DNA of 40,150 nucleotides from Patescibacteria group bacterium (GCA_030917725.1 JAUPUE010000034.1:1-40150), one strand, 5' to 3'. Counted from the stretch's first letter, positions 26,213 to 35,314 are shown. Numbers and translations: made by a program. The notes: a model not told the origin generated them from the sequence alone.

Positions 26213-27361
26213 CTACTCGCTCATTCTGTCGAATGCGAGTAGGGAAGAGATGTTGTGTTGAACGTAGTCGATGCGCACTTCATATTCATCGAGGCTTTCG
26301 TGGAAGGCTCCCACTGCGGTCGGGTCTGCATCGAGTGCTGCGAGCTGACGCGCAGTGAACTGTGTACGAAGCTGAAACTCGAGCGCTTTTTTCATAATAT
26401 CTTTTGCGTTCATCGCTGATGCTTCATCTCCTGCTTGCATGAAGAGCTCATATGCAGCACCCAATCCTTCGCTTCGTGTAGCTGTTGGTGTTGAGCGGGG
26501 AGGATTGTAGAATCCGCCGTTCCAATCGACCTCATCGCCAGTCTTGTTGTGGTGTTGGATTGCTGCAATCGATTCAGTAATCCTTCGTGCGTGCGCGAGG
26601 TACGTTTCGTCCGCGCGGTTTGTGTAGAGCTCGTTTAATCCATAGAGCAACCAGTGGTCGTGGTTGAGATCGGGGGTCGCAACATCGGCATCGCGCACTT
26701 CAATGAGCCAGTGCGCCGCTTTGTGCGCTGTGTCGATCCACACATCGTTGCCATCGACGTCGTGCAAACGCGCGAGTGCAAAGATCGCTTCGCCGGGGTA
26801 ATACCCGGATGTAAAATCGTTCACAGTGCCAGCACTATCCATCTTATGGATCGAGAACTCGCCGTCGGGGTTTTGTGTTGCGACCATGAACTGAGCGAGA
26901 GCTCGAGCCTGAGGGAGATATTCGGTTGAGCCGGTTACCAGTGCGTGTTCGGCAAATGCGAGAACAGCGAGCCCGTTTCCACCGAGTTTAATTTCGTCTC
27001 CTTCTTTGACACACGAAGCATTGGCGATGCCAGGACAAGGAACGATTTGATCATTCAAATAAACAAGTGCGCGTTCTCCAGCACGGAGATAGCGCTCGTC
27101 TTTGGTCGCTTCATACAAATCGATGAGAGAATATGCGGTCCCTGCGTGGCGGAGGATATTGTACGAAGAAGATTCATCACCGGTGACAGGGTCGTATTCA
27201 TAAACAAAAGAGCCGTCGTCATACATGTGGCTCACGAGATAATCACCACCGGCTTTGGCCGAGCGGAGATACTTTGACCCATCGAGATTGGGAAGAATGA
27301 ACGCGAGCAGTAATACGATGACGCCAAGCCCGATGAGAAGATGGGGTGTTTTCAATTTCAT
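26213..27361 (-). CDS. membrane-anchored (alpha/alpha)6-barrel-like protein (terpenoid cyclase/prenyltransferase-like repeats), function unknown
   Basis: N-terminal TM helix HLLIGLGVIVLLLAFIL. Repeated DGSF / NGLAVLAF / NPDGEF / GYYPGEAIFAL patterns. Start MKLKTP at 27361, since cmk ends at 27402. Confidence 0.45.
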   Translation of the reverse strand: MKLKTPHLLIGLGVIVLLLAFILPNLDGSKYLRSAKAGGDYLVSHMYDDGSFVYEYDPVTGDESSSYNILRHAGTAYSLIDLYEATKDERYLRAGERALVYLNDQIVPCPGIANASCVKEGDEIKLGGNGLAVLAFAEHALVTGSTEYLPQARALAQFMVATQNPDGEFSIHKMDSAGTVNDFTSGYYPGEAIFALARLHDVDGNDVWIDTAHKAAHWLIEVRDADVATPDLNHDHWLLYGLNELYTNRADETYLAHARRITESIAAIQHHNKTGDEVDWNGGFYNPPRSTPTATRSEGLGAAYELFMQAGDEASAMNAKDIMKKALEFQLRTQFTARQLAALDADPTAVGAFHESLDEYEVRIDYVQHNISSLLAFDRMSE

Positions 27362-27401
27362 GCTCGTAACGATACATGAATCGAGGCTTCGAGAGAACAG
27401 T

Positions 27402-28139
27402 CTACTTTTTGAGTGTTTCGTGGACGATGCGGAGGGCTTCTTCGAGAACCTCGTCTTGTGTCCTGTGAGAAGCGTCGAGGATATGCGCATCCGGAGCGGG
27501 TCGAAGGCCTGATTCAGGACGTTCGATATCCATACGGTCTCGCTCTTCTAAGGCTTTGCGGATGTTTTCGAGCGATTCCTCAATGCCTTTCTTCTGTCGT
27601 TGGAGATGTCGCCACTCCGCACGCTTCTCGATATCAGCTTCAAGATAAATCTTTACCTGTGCGTTGGGGAATACCACGGTGCCGATGTCGCGCCCTTCGA
27701 CAACTGAATCACCCCAATCGCGAACGATTTTGTTTTGCCATCCTCGAACAATCTCGCGGACCGCGGGAATCTTTGCGACAGCGGGTGTCATGCGGTCGGT
27801 GCGTGGTGAGTGTGTGAGATCGGTGATGTCTTGTCCGCCAAAGACCACGTGCTGGTCGGGGCGATACTCGACTGTCGCATTTCTCAAGAACTCGAGACAT
27901 CCTTCGAGGTCATCATCAATCTTGTCCGCTACTTCTGCTGCGACCATGCGATAGAGGAGTCCGCTGTTGAGGTGACAAAAAGAAAGCGCCTTAGCAAGCT
28001 CTTTTGCTAAGGCGCTTTTTCCGGAACCAGATGTTCCATCGACGGTGATGACGGCCACCGCATTCTGCGGGGCCACGCCAGAGGCGGTGGTGGGGTCTTG
28101 GGGATGGTGGGGCATGGGGTAATGACTAGATAATAACAT
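27402..28139 (-). CDS. cmk: cytidylate kinase
   Basis: VITVDGTSGSGKSALAKELAKAL...LNSGLLYR...VVEGRDIGTVVFP. The true start may be the second ATG at 28115. Confidence 0.85.
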   Translation of the reverse strand: MLLSSHYPMPHHPQDPTTASGVAPQNAVAVITVDGTSGSGKSALAKELAKALSFCHLNSGLLYRMVAAEVADKIDDDLEGCLEFLRNATVEYRPDQHVVFGGQDITDLTHSPRTDRMTPAVAKIPAVREIVRGWQNKIVRDWGDSVVEGRDIGTVVFPNAQVKIYLEADIEKRAEWRHLQRQKKGIEESLENIRKALEERDRMDIERPESGLRPAPDAHILDASHRTQDEVLEEALRIVHETLKK

Positions 28140-28154
28140 CTTCTACGAGCCAAT

Positions 28155-28182
28155 AAAAAAGAGCGCACATGCGCTCTTTTTT
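28155..28182. terminator. bidirectional rho-independent terminator
   Basis: aaaaaagagcgc-acat-gcgctctttttt, downstream of the minus-strand tRNA. Confidence 0.8.
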
Positions 28183-28192
28183 GGAAACACTG

Positions 28193-28265
28193 TCCGTCCC
28201 CATGGACTCGAACCATGAACCGCCGAGGTATAAGCTCGGTGCTCTAACCATTGAGCTAGGGACGG
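28193..28265 (-). tRNA. tRNA-Ile with anticodon UAU (reads AUA); C1-G72 acceptor end; CCA not encoded
   Basis: CCGTCCC-TA-GCTC-AATGGTTA-GAGC-A-CCGAG-CTTATAC-CTCGG-CGGTT-CATGG-TTCGAGT-CCATG-GGGACGG-A folds as a canonical cloverleaf. Confidence 0.8.
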
Positions 28266-28299
28266 GACTCATGCGAGGCCATTGTGATATCCTTGCCGA

Positions 28300-30087
28300 A
28301 TGAATGCAACTCCCAAAAAAGCCTCAACGGTAAGCACCGGTAGGATTTTTGCTGTCTTCTGGGAGCAAATACAGCGACGATTGCCTGCCTTTTTTGCACT
28401 TGTTCTGATGGTTGTTGTGGCTATCGTGGCAAATACGGTTGCTCCAATCTACTACAAGCGGTTTTTTGATGTCCTTGGAGCAGGGAAGCTTGACTCAGCG
28501 TTGATACACACGGCCATGGTTGCTCTGATTATGGCGTTCTTCATGAAGTTCGTTCGTTGGGGTGGGTGGCGTATCGCTGACTTCATCGCGAACCCTTTCA
28601 CTGCGGGCACGATGAAAGACTTGGTGATGATGGGGTATGAACGTCTCCTCGGACATTCATATAAGTTCTTCAGCGATACGTTCGTTGGGACGCTCACACG
28701 TAGACTCACAAAATTCTCGTACGCATTCGAGAGTATTTTTGACCAGCTGTCCTATCAGCTCGTGCCGCTCGTCGTCTCGAGTATCGTCATCTTCTTTGTG
28801 GTCAATCAGCGTTCGCCAATGGTCGCATACATACTGTTTGGATGGATGTTTCTGATGGTCTTCGCGAATTATCTTGTTATCAAGTGGAAGCAAAAATATG
28901 AGGAGAAGCGCAGCGCGGCAGACTCGAAGCTCTCGGGGACACTCTCTGACAGCATGACGAACAGCAGCACCATCAAGCTTTTTGCCAGCTCAAAACATGA
29001 GATGTCGTTGTTTGAGGCTGTAGCAGAGGATGTGCGAAGCATTCGTTTGTGGACATGGAACATCGACTCACTGATTCGCACGGTCCAAGGTTTCCTGACG
29101 ATCATCGTTGAGATCGCTGTGATGTTCTCCGCGTTCAAACTCTATCAGAAGGGTCAATTGACGCTCGGTGACTTCGTGCTCTTCCAGACATACATCCTTA
29201 CACTCACCGAACAGATGTGGCAATTCGGATGGGTGCTTAAGCATCTTTTTGAAGCTTTTGCCGATGCAAAGGAGATGGTCGAGATAATCGACAATCCATA
29301 CGATGTCCAAGATGCACCTGGTGCCGGTGTCCTTAAGGTGACAGAAGGGAAGATCGACTTCGCTGACGTCGTTTTCAACTTCAACGAAACACGCAAAGTG
29401 CTCGACGGTTTCTCGCTCTCAATTACCCCAGGAGAAAAGGTTGCGCTTATTGGTCCTTCGGGTGCCGGCAAGACAACAGTCACACGGCTTCTTTTCCGTT
29501 TCCATGACGTCACCTCAGGTTTGATAACAATTGACGGGCAGGATATCTCAAAGGTCACACAGGATAGTCTGCGCAATGCTATCGGGCTCGTGCCACAGGA
29601 GCCAATTCTCTTCCACCGTTCGCTCATGGACAACATCCGCTACGGACGCCGCGATGCGACCGATGAAGAGGTTCTCGAAGCTGCTAAGAAGGCACGCTGT
29701 CACGAGTTCATCTCATCGCTTCCTGATGGATACGAGACCATGGTCGGTGAGCGCGGTGTGAAGCTCTCGGGTGGTGAACGTCAGCGCGTCGCTATCGCTC
29801 GCGCGATTCTCAAAGACGCTCCGATTCTTGTGCTTGACGAAGCAACATCAAGCCTCGACTCCGAATCGGAACACCTCATCCAAGAAGCGCTCAACATCCT
29901 TATGGAAGGGAAGACGGTCATCGTCATCGCGCACCGTCTCTCGACTATCATCACCATGGATCGCATCATCGTCATCGAAGGCGGCAACATCCGCGCGATG
30001 GGTACCCACGACGAACTTCTTAAGAAAGACGACCTCTACAAAAAGCTTTGGTCCATTCAGGCAGGAGGGTTCTTGAAGGAGGAGTAA
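28300..30087 (+). CDS. ABC transporter, fused permease/ATPase (MsbA/multidrug exporter type)
   Basis: Six N-terminal TM segments. GPSGAGKTT, LSGGERQRVAIARA, ILVLDEATSSLD. TATCCT lies 6 nt before the ATG. Confidence 0.9.
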   Translation: MNATPKKASTVSTGRIFAVFWEQIQRRLPAFFALVLMVVVAIVANTVAPIYYKRFFDVLGAGKLDSALIHTAMVALIMAFFMKFVRWGGWRIADFIANPFTAGTMKDLVMMGYERLLGHSYKFFSDTFVGTLTRRLTKFSYAFESIFDQLSYQLVPLVVSSIVIFFVVNQRSPMVAYILFGWMFLMVFANYLVIKWKQKYEEKRSAADSKLSGTLSDSMTNSSTIKLFASSKHEMSLFEAVAEDVRSIRLWTWNIDSLIRTVQGFLTIIVEIAVMFSAFKLYQKGQLTLGDFVLFQTYILTLTEQMWQFGWVLKHLFEAFADAKEMVEIIDNPYDVQDAPGAGVLKVTEGKIDFADVVFNFNETRKVLDGFSLSITPGEKVALIGPSGAGKTTVTRLLFRFHDVTSGLITIDGQDISKVTQDSLRNAIGLVPQEPILFHRSLMDNIRYGRRDATDEEVLEAAKKARCHEFISSLPDGYETMVGERGVKLSGGERQRVAIARAILKDAPILVLDEATSSLDSESEHLIQEALNILMEGKTVIVIAHRLSTIITMDRIIVIEGGNIRAMGTHDELLKKDDLYKKLWSIQAGGFLKEE

Positions 30088-30096
30088 TGTCTATAT

Positions 30097-30585
30097 ATGG
30101 ATCCCGAAGAAATAAAAAAATTAATAGATGGGGATCCGGACACGTTGATCAAACGAGCCGGAGAATTGGGTATAGATTTCTCCGATATGGGCAGAAGTCT
30201 TGCTAGAGGAATGGTTACAGGAAAGTTCTCTTTAACGGATGAGCAATTCGAAACCATTGATTTTGTATTCTGGATTTCTTATTTTGTTGAACGTGCCGCT
30301 GAGGAGTTTATAACTTTTCCGGAAGTTAGTGTTGGAGCAAGAAAGGAAGCAATGGACGTATTAATTGGCAAGTTACACTTCGGTGACAAAATAAAGGTTA
30401 TCGAGGAGCTTTATATGGGGAAAAAAGACAAACTCATAATCTTGATGCGCAAAATACAGGATTTACGAAATGATATTGCTCATGGGCGTTTTGATAAATT
30501 AGATTATGGAGGTTATTCCTTAAGTGATAATAGAGGCAAATTAAAATTGGTTGCAAACTTAAGAGACGCCCTTCTCAAAAAGTAA
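30097..30585 (+). CDS. hypothetical protein with C-terminal HEPN-like Rx4H motif (possible Abi/toxin-type RNase)
   Basis: AT-rich 162-aa ORF wedged between the ABC stop and the recG stop. LRNDIAHGRF lies near the C-terminus. Confidence 0.35.
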   Translation: MDPEEIKKLIDGDPDTLIKRAGELGIDFSDMGRSLARGMVTGKFSLTDEQFETIDFVFWISYFVERAAEEFITFPEVSVGARKEAMDVLIGKLHFGDKIKVIEELYMGKKDKLIILMRKIQDLRNDIAHGRFDKLDYGGYSLSDNRGKLKLVANLRDALLKK

Positions 30586-30591
30586 CTCTTC

Positions 30592-32871
30592 CTACTCAAA
30601 ATGCACCTCGCCTCGCTCGGCGAGGGCTTTTTGTAATTCGGGATATTTCTTAAGGAATACGTCTGATTCGACGATTCGTTTTGCTTCGGCACGCGCAGCT
30701 TCAACAAGCTTGAGATTCTTGAGCGCTTCCATACCGATATCGGAGACACCCCACTGTTTCTTGCCCGAAAGATCCCCAGAACCGCGGAGCATGAGGTCGT
30801 GCTCGGCGAGCTCGAATCCATTGGCGGCTTTGGTGAGTGCTTTGAGACGATCGAGCGTCGGTTGTGACTTGGATTCGGTGAAGAGATAACAATATGCCTG
30901 GTGATTACTGCGGAGAACGCGGCCGCGGAGCTGGTGGAGCTGTGAGAGACCAAAGCGCTCGGCACCTTCGATGAGGATGATCGTCGCATTCGGCACGTTC
31001 ACACCAACCTCAACGACTGATGTTGCAACGAGGATCTTGATCGAGCCTTCGGTGAACGCTTTCATCATGTCTTCTTTCTTTTCCGATTTCATCTTGCCGT
31101 GGAGCACACCAACCGAGAACTCGGGGAAGACCTCTCGCGCGAGACGCTTGGCTTCTTCTTCAACAGACTTTGCTTGGAGTGCCATCTCGTCGGTCTCGTC
31201 CGGTGCGTCGATGCGCGGGCAGATAACGTATGCCTGTCGTCCTGCTTCCAATTCTTGTCGTAGGTGTTCATACACTTCTTTGCGTCCCGAAGGCGGCACG
31301 TTCTTTGTGATGATCGGTTTACGTCCTGGTGGCATCACATCAAGCAGCGTGAGATCGAGGTCTCCATATATGGTGAGCGCCAACGTGCGCGGGATCGGTG
31401 TCGCGGTCATGCTTAAAAGGTGTGGGAGGTTCTTGTCTTTGCGTGCCAAGGCCGCGCGCTGTTTGGTGCCAAAGCGGTGCTGCTCATCGATGATGATGTA
31501 GGCGAGATGTTTCCATTCGACCGTCTTTTGAATGAGCGCATGCGTGCCGATAAGGATTGGGATCTCACCGTTCGCGACCCATTTCAACAATTGAGAGCGA
31601 GAGATATTGGTCCAGCCGTTTGGGTTAAGTTTGGACGGGAACTTTTTGCAGCCCGATGACGTGATGAGTGCAACGTTAATCGGCAGTCCACGATAGAGCT
31701 CAACAAACGATTCAAAATGCTGTGTCGCCAAAATCTCTGTTGGTGCCATGAGCGCAACCTGCAAGTTGCCGAAGTCTTGTTTGCCATCAGCAACCTGCGC
31801 CATTTTCTGCAAATCAGATTTCTTTGGGAATGCTGGACCGCTTTGAACCATCTTGGGTGGGCGTGTGGTGACAACAGCAAAGCTCGTTGCTGCTGCGACG
31901 AATGTTTTTCCCGAACCGACGTCTCCTTCGAGGAGGCGTGACATCGCGCGCGTGCCTGCAAAGTCAGCAAAGATGTCTTCGAGCGCTTTTGACTGCGCGG
32001 ATGTTGGTTTGAAAGGGAACTTGGAGAGGAAACCATCAACACTTTCTTTTGTTGGGCGAATGTCCCACGTTGGGAGCGAGTCGGTCATGTGTCGCTCCTG
32101 CTGTTTTTTGAGTTGGATGAAGAAGATTTCTTCGAATGCAAATCGTTTACGCGCCGCGTCAGCATCTTTGTTGTTCTCGGGCGCGTGAATCCACACGAGC
32201 GCTGTGCCAAGCGATGGGAGATTGAGACGTTTGAGAACATCGGCAGGCAGAGGATCGACAATCTGTTTCCCCGCCTCTGGCGGGACCCCGCTGGAAGCGG
32301 TGGCGAGCGCTCCGCCTTTGATGAGCTTTTTAATCGCGTAGTAGATCCAGCGCGAGGTGACACCACGGCTCTCGGGATAGACAGGGAAGAGTGTCCCGGC
32401 TGTTGGCTCGCCGTGTTCATCTCCATCCTCTTGAACAAAGAGCGAGTCGGTTTCGTCAGGAATCACCGATGCGTGCGTTATTGCGGGGTTCGACAGATAG
32501 AATTCACCACTGCGCTCCGAGATTGTTCCCTCGACTTTCACCGTTGCGCCTTCGGGGAACATCTTTGCGATGTAGGGTTGATGGAACCACACGGCTTTCA
32601 CTTTGCCGCTCACCGTGTTGATGGTCGCCTGTGCCATCGGGATCTTCGACTTCCATCCTTTTGAAACTTTTGCTTTCGAGATTGTTCCGTAGAGCGTTAC
32701 CTTTTGTCCTTTTGCGAGACTTCCTGTTTGCGTCGCGCCTGAGAGATCGTCGTATCGGGCAGGGAAGTGATAGAAGAGATCGCGAACAGTCGTAACACCA
32801 AGACGCGTGAGCGCTTTGGTGTGGGATTCGTCCACGCGCAGGGTCTCACTGAGCTTGTCGGAGAGATTCAT
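30592..32871 (-). CDS. recG: ATP-dependent DNA helicase RecG
   Basis: Wedge/OB N-terminus. GDVGSGKT, IIDEQHRFG, SMTATPIPRT, QLHQLRGRVLRS. Start MNLSDKL at 32871 is preceded by TACAAT plus 6 nt. Confidence 0.9.
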   Translation of the reverse strand: MNLSDKLSETLRVDESHTKALTRLGVTTVRDLFYHFPARYDDLSGATQTGSLAKGQKVTLYGTISKAKVSKGWKSKIPMAQATINTVSGKVKAVWFHQPYIAKMFPEGATVKVEGTISERSGEFYLSNPAITHASVIPDETDSLFVQEDGDEHGEPTAGTLFPVYPESRGVTSRWIYYAIKKLIKGGALATASSGVPPEAGKQIVDPLPADVLKRLNLPSLGTALVWIHAPENNKDADAARKRFAFEEIFFIQLKKQQERHMTDSLPTWDIRPTKESVDGFLSKFPFKPTSAQSKALEDIFADFAGTRAMSRLLEGDVGSGKTFVAAATSFAVVTTRPPKMVQSGPAFPKKSDLQKMAQVADGKQDFGNLQVALMAPTEILATQHFESFVELYRGLPINVALITSSGCKKFPSKLNPNGWTNISRSQLLKWVANGEIPILIGTHALIQKTVEWKHLAYIIIDEQHRFGTKQRAALARKDKNLPHLLSMTATPIPRTLALTIYGDLDLTLLDVMPPGRKPIITKNVPPSGRKEVYEHLRQELEAGRQAYVICPRIDAPDETDEMALQAKSVEEEAKRLAREVFPEFSVGVLHGKMKSEKKEDMMKAFTEGSIKILVATSVVEVGVNVPNATIILIEGAERFGLSQLHQLRGRVLRSNHQAYCYLFTESKSQPTLDRLKALTKAANGFELAEHDLMLRGSGDLSGKKQWGVSDIGMEALKNLKLVEAARAEAKRIVESDVFLKKYPELQKALAERGEVHFE

Positions 32872-32954
32872 ATATCTATTGTAGCTGATGGGAGATGAGA
32901 TAGTTTTTAAGCTCTTGACAAAATGTCCGACCACTTGACTTATGCTTTAAAAGC

Positions 32955-32982
32955 GTTATAATACAAGGTAGAGTTTCAATTC
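32955..32982 (+). promoter_or_regulatory. sigma70-like promoter TTGACT-N16-TATAAT (cassette C), followed by a ~100-nt structured leader
   Basis: ttgacttatgctttaaaagcgttataat. Leader hairpins ctttgg/ccaaag and gaagtc/gacttc. Confidence 0.55.
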
Positions 32983-33080
32983 TGTTCCGCTTTGGTCCTT
33001 ACCAAAAGAATGCTCAGAAATTATTGAGTTGAAGTCATAGACTTCCAACAGCTTTCGACGCCCTCAAGGAGGGGGCCACA

Positions 33081-33983
33081 ATGAAGAAAGTCTCTCGCGT
33101 AGTTGCTCTCGTGCTTTTGTTGGCGATGGCACCCATCGCCGCATCGGCGACTGAGGGCTTCTCGATGGCCCTCACGGATTCGTCCGGTGAGAAGGTCATC
33201 GAGTTGAAGCGGTTTTTCGCTCAGTTCGACTGGCGGAGTGACGGAAGTGGTGACACGATTCGTCGTGTCCGCCCGTTGCTCTACCTGGGCCACGGCACCT
33301 GCCGTGGCAAGGTGGAGATGAACTTGGCGGCCACCGAGGTCGCAAACGACGCCAATGGAAATTGGTTGGAGATCGCCACTCTTGAGTGCGCGGTTTCTGC
33401 CAACACCACTGTGTCGGTGGGCCGGCTTTTCTTGTCCGGTCCTCGTTCGACTCCTCCGCCATTCCTCTTGAGGACGGTGGAGTACCCAAAGTCGAACACG
33501 TTTGCCGCGTATGCGTACGGAGTGCAACTCCAACGCACATTTGGTGAATGGAATTTCGTCGTCGACGTTACCGGCGATTCTGGCCGGCAGTTCAATGACG
33601 ACGGCAACTTCGATCGAATCGAATCGTCTTTCCGGATCGGGCGCAAGCTCGGTTCGGTGGGAACGCTCTCATTCACGTCACAGCTTTCTCGGGACTTTAC
33701 CCGGGTCGGCCTCGACTGGATGAGTTCCTCAGACCAGAAGCTCAATGTGTGGGCCGGCGTCTACTACGACGACGGCACCACCGAGAAGCTGCTCGGGATG
33801 GCACAGGTCTCTTATCCGCTCGGACGGTACATCCGTCCGCACGTGATGTGGGACCATCGCCCCGATGGTTCGGAAGAATGGACCGTCGGCACAGAAGTTT
33901 TTGTCACCCCGCACGTTCGCGTGCTTGGTGACTACGAAACCCGTGCTGACCGAATCCTCGCTCGGCTACAGTTCCACTGGTAA
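33081..33983 (+). CDS. secreted OMP-like beta-barrel protein (cassette C gene 1)
   Basis: Signal peptide MKKVSRVVALVLLLAMAPIAASA. Alternating-hydrophobic strands in the C-terminal 170 aa. C-terminal LARLQFHW. SD AAGGAGG. GC-rich. Confidence 0.6.
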   Translation: MKKVSRVVALVLLLAMAPIAASATEGFSMALTDSSGEKVIELKRFFAQFDWRSDGSGDTIRRVRPLLYLGHGTCRGKVEMNLAATEVANDANGNWLEIATLECAVSANTTVSVGRLFLSGPRSTPPPFLLRTVEYPKSNTFAAYAYGVQLQRTFGEWNFVVDVTGDSGRQFNDDGNFDRIESSFRIGRKLGSVGTLSFTSQLSRDFTRVGLDWMSSSDQKLNVWAGVYYDDGTTEKLLGMAQVSYPLGRYIRPHVMWDHRPDGSEEWTVGTEVFVTPHVRVLGDYETRADRILARLQFHW

Positions 33984-34004
33984 CGACCCCAAGGAGGGGA
34001 AGCG

Positions 34005-34715
34005 ATGAAGCTCAACAAGCTCGTGTTCATTCTCGTGCTCGCCATCGTGGCGGGTATCACCGTCAACAGCGCTTCGGCGCAGACCAACTACACCGTCACC
34101 ACGAAGCTCATCGACAAGTACTTGGGATCGAACGGAGGGGTCTTCTTCGATGGCCCCGTCGTTCAGTCCGATGTTCTCAGATGCTTCGAAAACGGCATCT
34201 GTGCCAACCTCTGGGTGTCGCGAGGTGATCGTGGCCAGTGGGGTGAGGAGACCGATTCCGAGGTCGACATCAACGGTGAGTGGTCGGATGAGAACTTCAA
34301 CGTTGGCATCCTCTACATCTTCTCGCCACCGTCAGCGAGCAACGTTCTCAACCTGTACGCCACGGCGACGACCGACGAGCTCGTGGGTGGTGTCAGGGCT
34401 TACTTCAAGCTCGAGCACTATCTGGCGATGGAAGGAAACGACCCGGGTCGCGGGTCGTTCACACACCTCGGCCTCAAGGGTGATAGGACGCTCGGCAACT
34501 TCAACTTCGGTTGGACGGTCGAGGTGTTCTATGACACCGGTGCGTTCGGATTCTCCGATGGCACCTTGGCCGCCGCGAAGGCGACGCTGCTCTATGATTT
34601 CGGTCAGCTTTCGCTCGGGCCGATGATCAAGGCGACGACGCCCATCCACATCGCCAACGACGACGGTCGCGAGTTCGACTATGCGGTCGGCCTCGTCAGC
34701 CAGTTCACCTTCTAG
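34005..34715 (+). CDS. secreted OMP-like beta-barrel protein, possibly Gcw_chp/TIGR02001-like (cassette C gene 2)
   Basis: Signal peptide MKLNKLVFILVLAIVAGITVNSASA. C-terminal YAVGLVSQFTF is an OMP-type terminal Phe signature. SD AAGGAGG. Confidence 0.6.
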   Translation: MKLNKLVFILVLAIVAGITVNSASAQTNYTVTTKLIDKYLGSNGGVFFDGPVVQSDVLRCFENGICANLWVSRGDRGQWGEETDSEVDINGEWSDENFNVGILYIFSPPSASNVLNLYATATTDELVGGVRAYFKLEHYLAMEGNDPGRGSFTHLGLKGDRTLGNFNFGWTVEVFYDTGAFGFSDGTLAAAKATLLYDFGQLSLGPMIKATTPIHIANDDGREFDYAVGLVSQFTF

Positions 34716-34725
34716 GAGGTGCTCC

Positions 34726-34902
34726 ATGCAGACCTTCTTGATCATCCTCGCGGTGGTCTACGTCATCGGCGGATGCTGTGCGGTTTGGGTGGAAGAGTCA
34801 CTTCACTTCACTCACAAGCCCGGCCGCATGGCCCGCCGATTCATCCTCTGGCCGATTAACCCGATGTGGGCGATCGCCATCACGTTTCCTCGCGATTACT
34901 GA
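34726..34902 (+). CDS. 58-aa membrane protein (cassette C gene 3)
   Basis: AGGAGG-tgctcc-ATG. MQTFLIILAVVYVIGGCCAVW TM helix. Confidence 0.5.
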   Translation: MQTFLIILAVVYVIGGCCAVWVEESLHFTHKPGRMARRFILWPINPMWAIAITFPRDY

Positions 34903-34990
34903 GCATTCTGAACGTATCAAAACAGCCCCCAAAGGACGGGGCAAAAGAGGGCCGGTTTCGCTTCGTGCGGACCGGTCCTTTCTCTATCTC

Positions 34991-35012
34991 GACGAAGCTT
35001 TGGCGGAGGCGG
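34991..35012 (+). repeat. degenerate copy 5 of the dispersed repeat
   Basis: acgaagctttggcggagg matches the core at 15 of 18 positions. Confidence 0.4.
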
Positions 35013-35054
35013 ATTCTCTTTTCCACAGGCCATCCCCAGCCCAAAAGCTCTTTC

Positions 35055-35082
35055 TTGACACAGGTCTTTTTATGAGTACAAT
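35055..35082 (+). promoter_or_regulatory. candidate rRNA promoter TTGACA-N16-TACAAT
   Basis: ttgacacaggtctttttatgagtacaat, ~280 nt upstream of the 16S. A weaker TTGCCT-N18-GATAAT lies at 35110-35139. Confidence 0.5.
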
Positions 35083-35259
35083 CTAGGGCTCCGGTCAGGG
35101 GATTTTTTATTGCCTGGTCGGGCTGCGTACTTTGATAATCAAATATGTAGATTGAGTACAAGATTTTCGGCGCTTCGAATAAAGCGCCGGAGTACTCGTC
35201 TATTCCTAAACATATCCGGTGTGTATGAGCTACGCACCGGACCAAGGGATGAAAGAGGA

Positions 35260-35286
35260 CCCTCCTTCGCGTAAAGCTTCGGAGGG
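35260..35286 (-). repeat. dispersed stem-loop repeat, copy 6 (in the rRNA leader)
   Basis: ccctcc-ttcgcgtaaagcttc-ggaggg, perfect 6-bp stem. Confidence 0.7.
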
Positions 35287-35314
35287 TGAATGCAACTATG
35301 ATTCGTTGTGTTTT

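Noticed and set aside
33021-33745. Long minus-strand ORFs (33021..33533, 33196..33540, 33281..33745) and the alternative frame 34150..34626 / 34332..34745
   Set aside because: They are shadow ORFs typical of GC-rich DNA. The plus-strand frames have signal peptides, SDs and beta-barrel periodicity; the shadow frames are Arg/Pro/Ser-rich with no start context.
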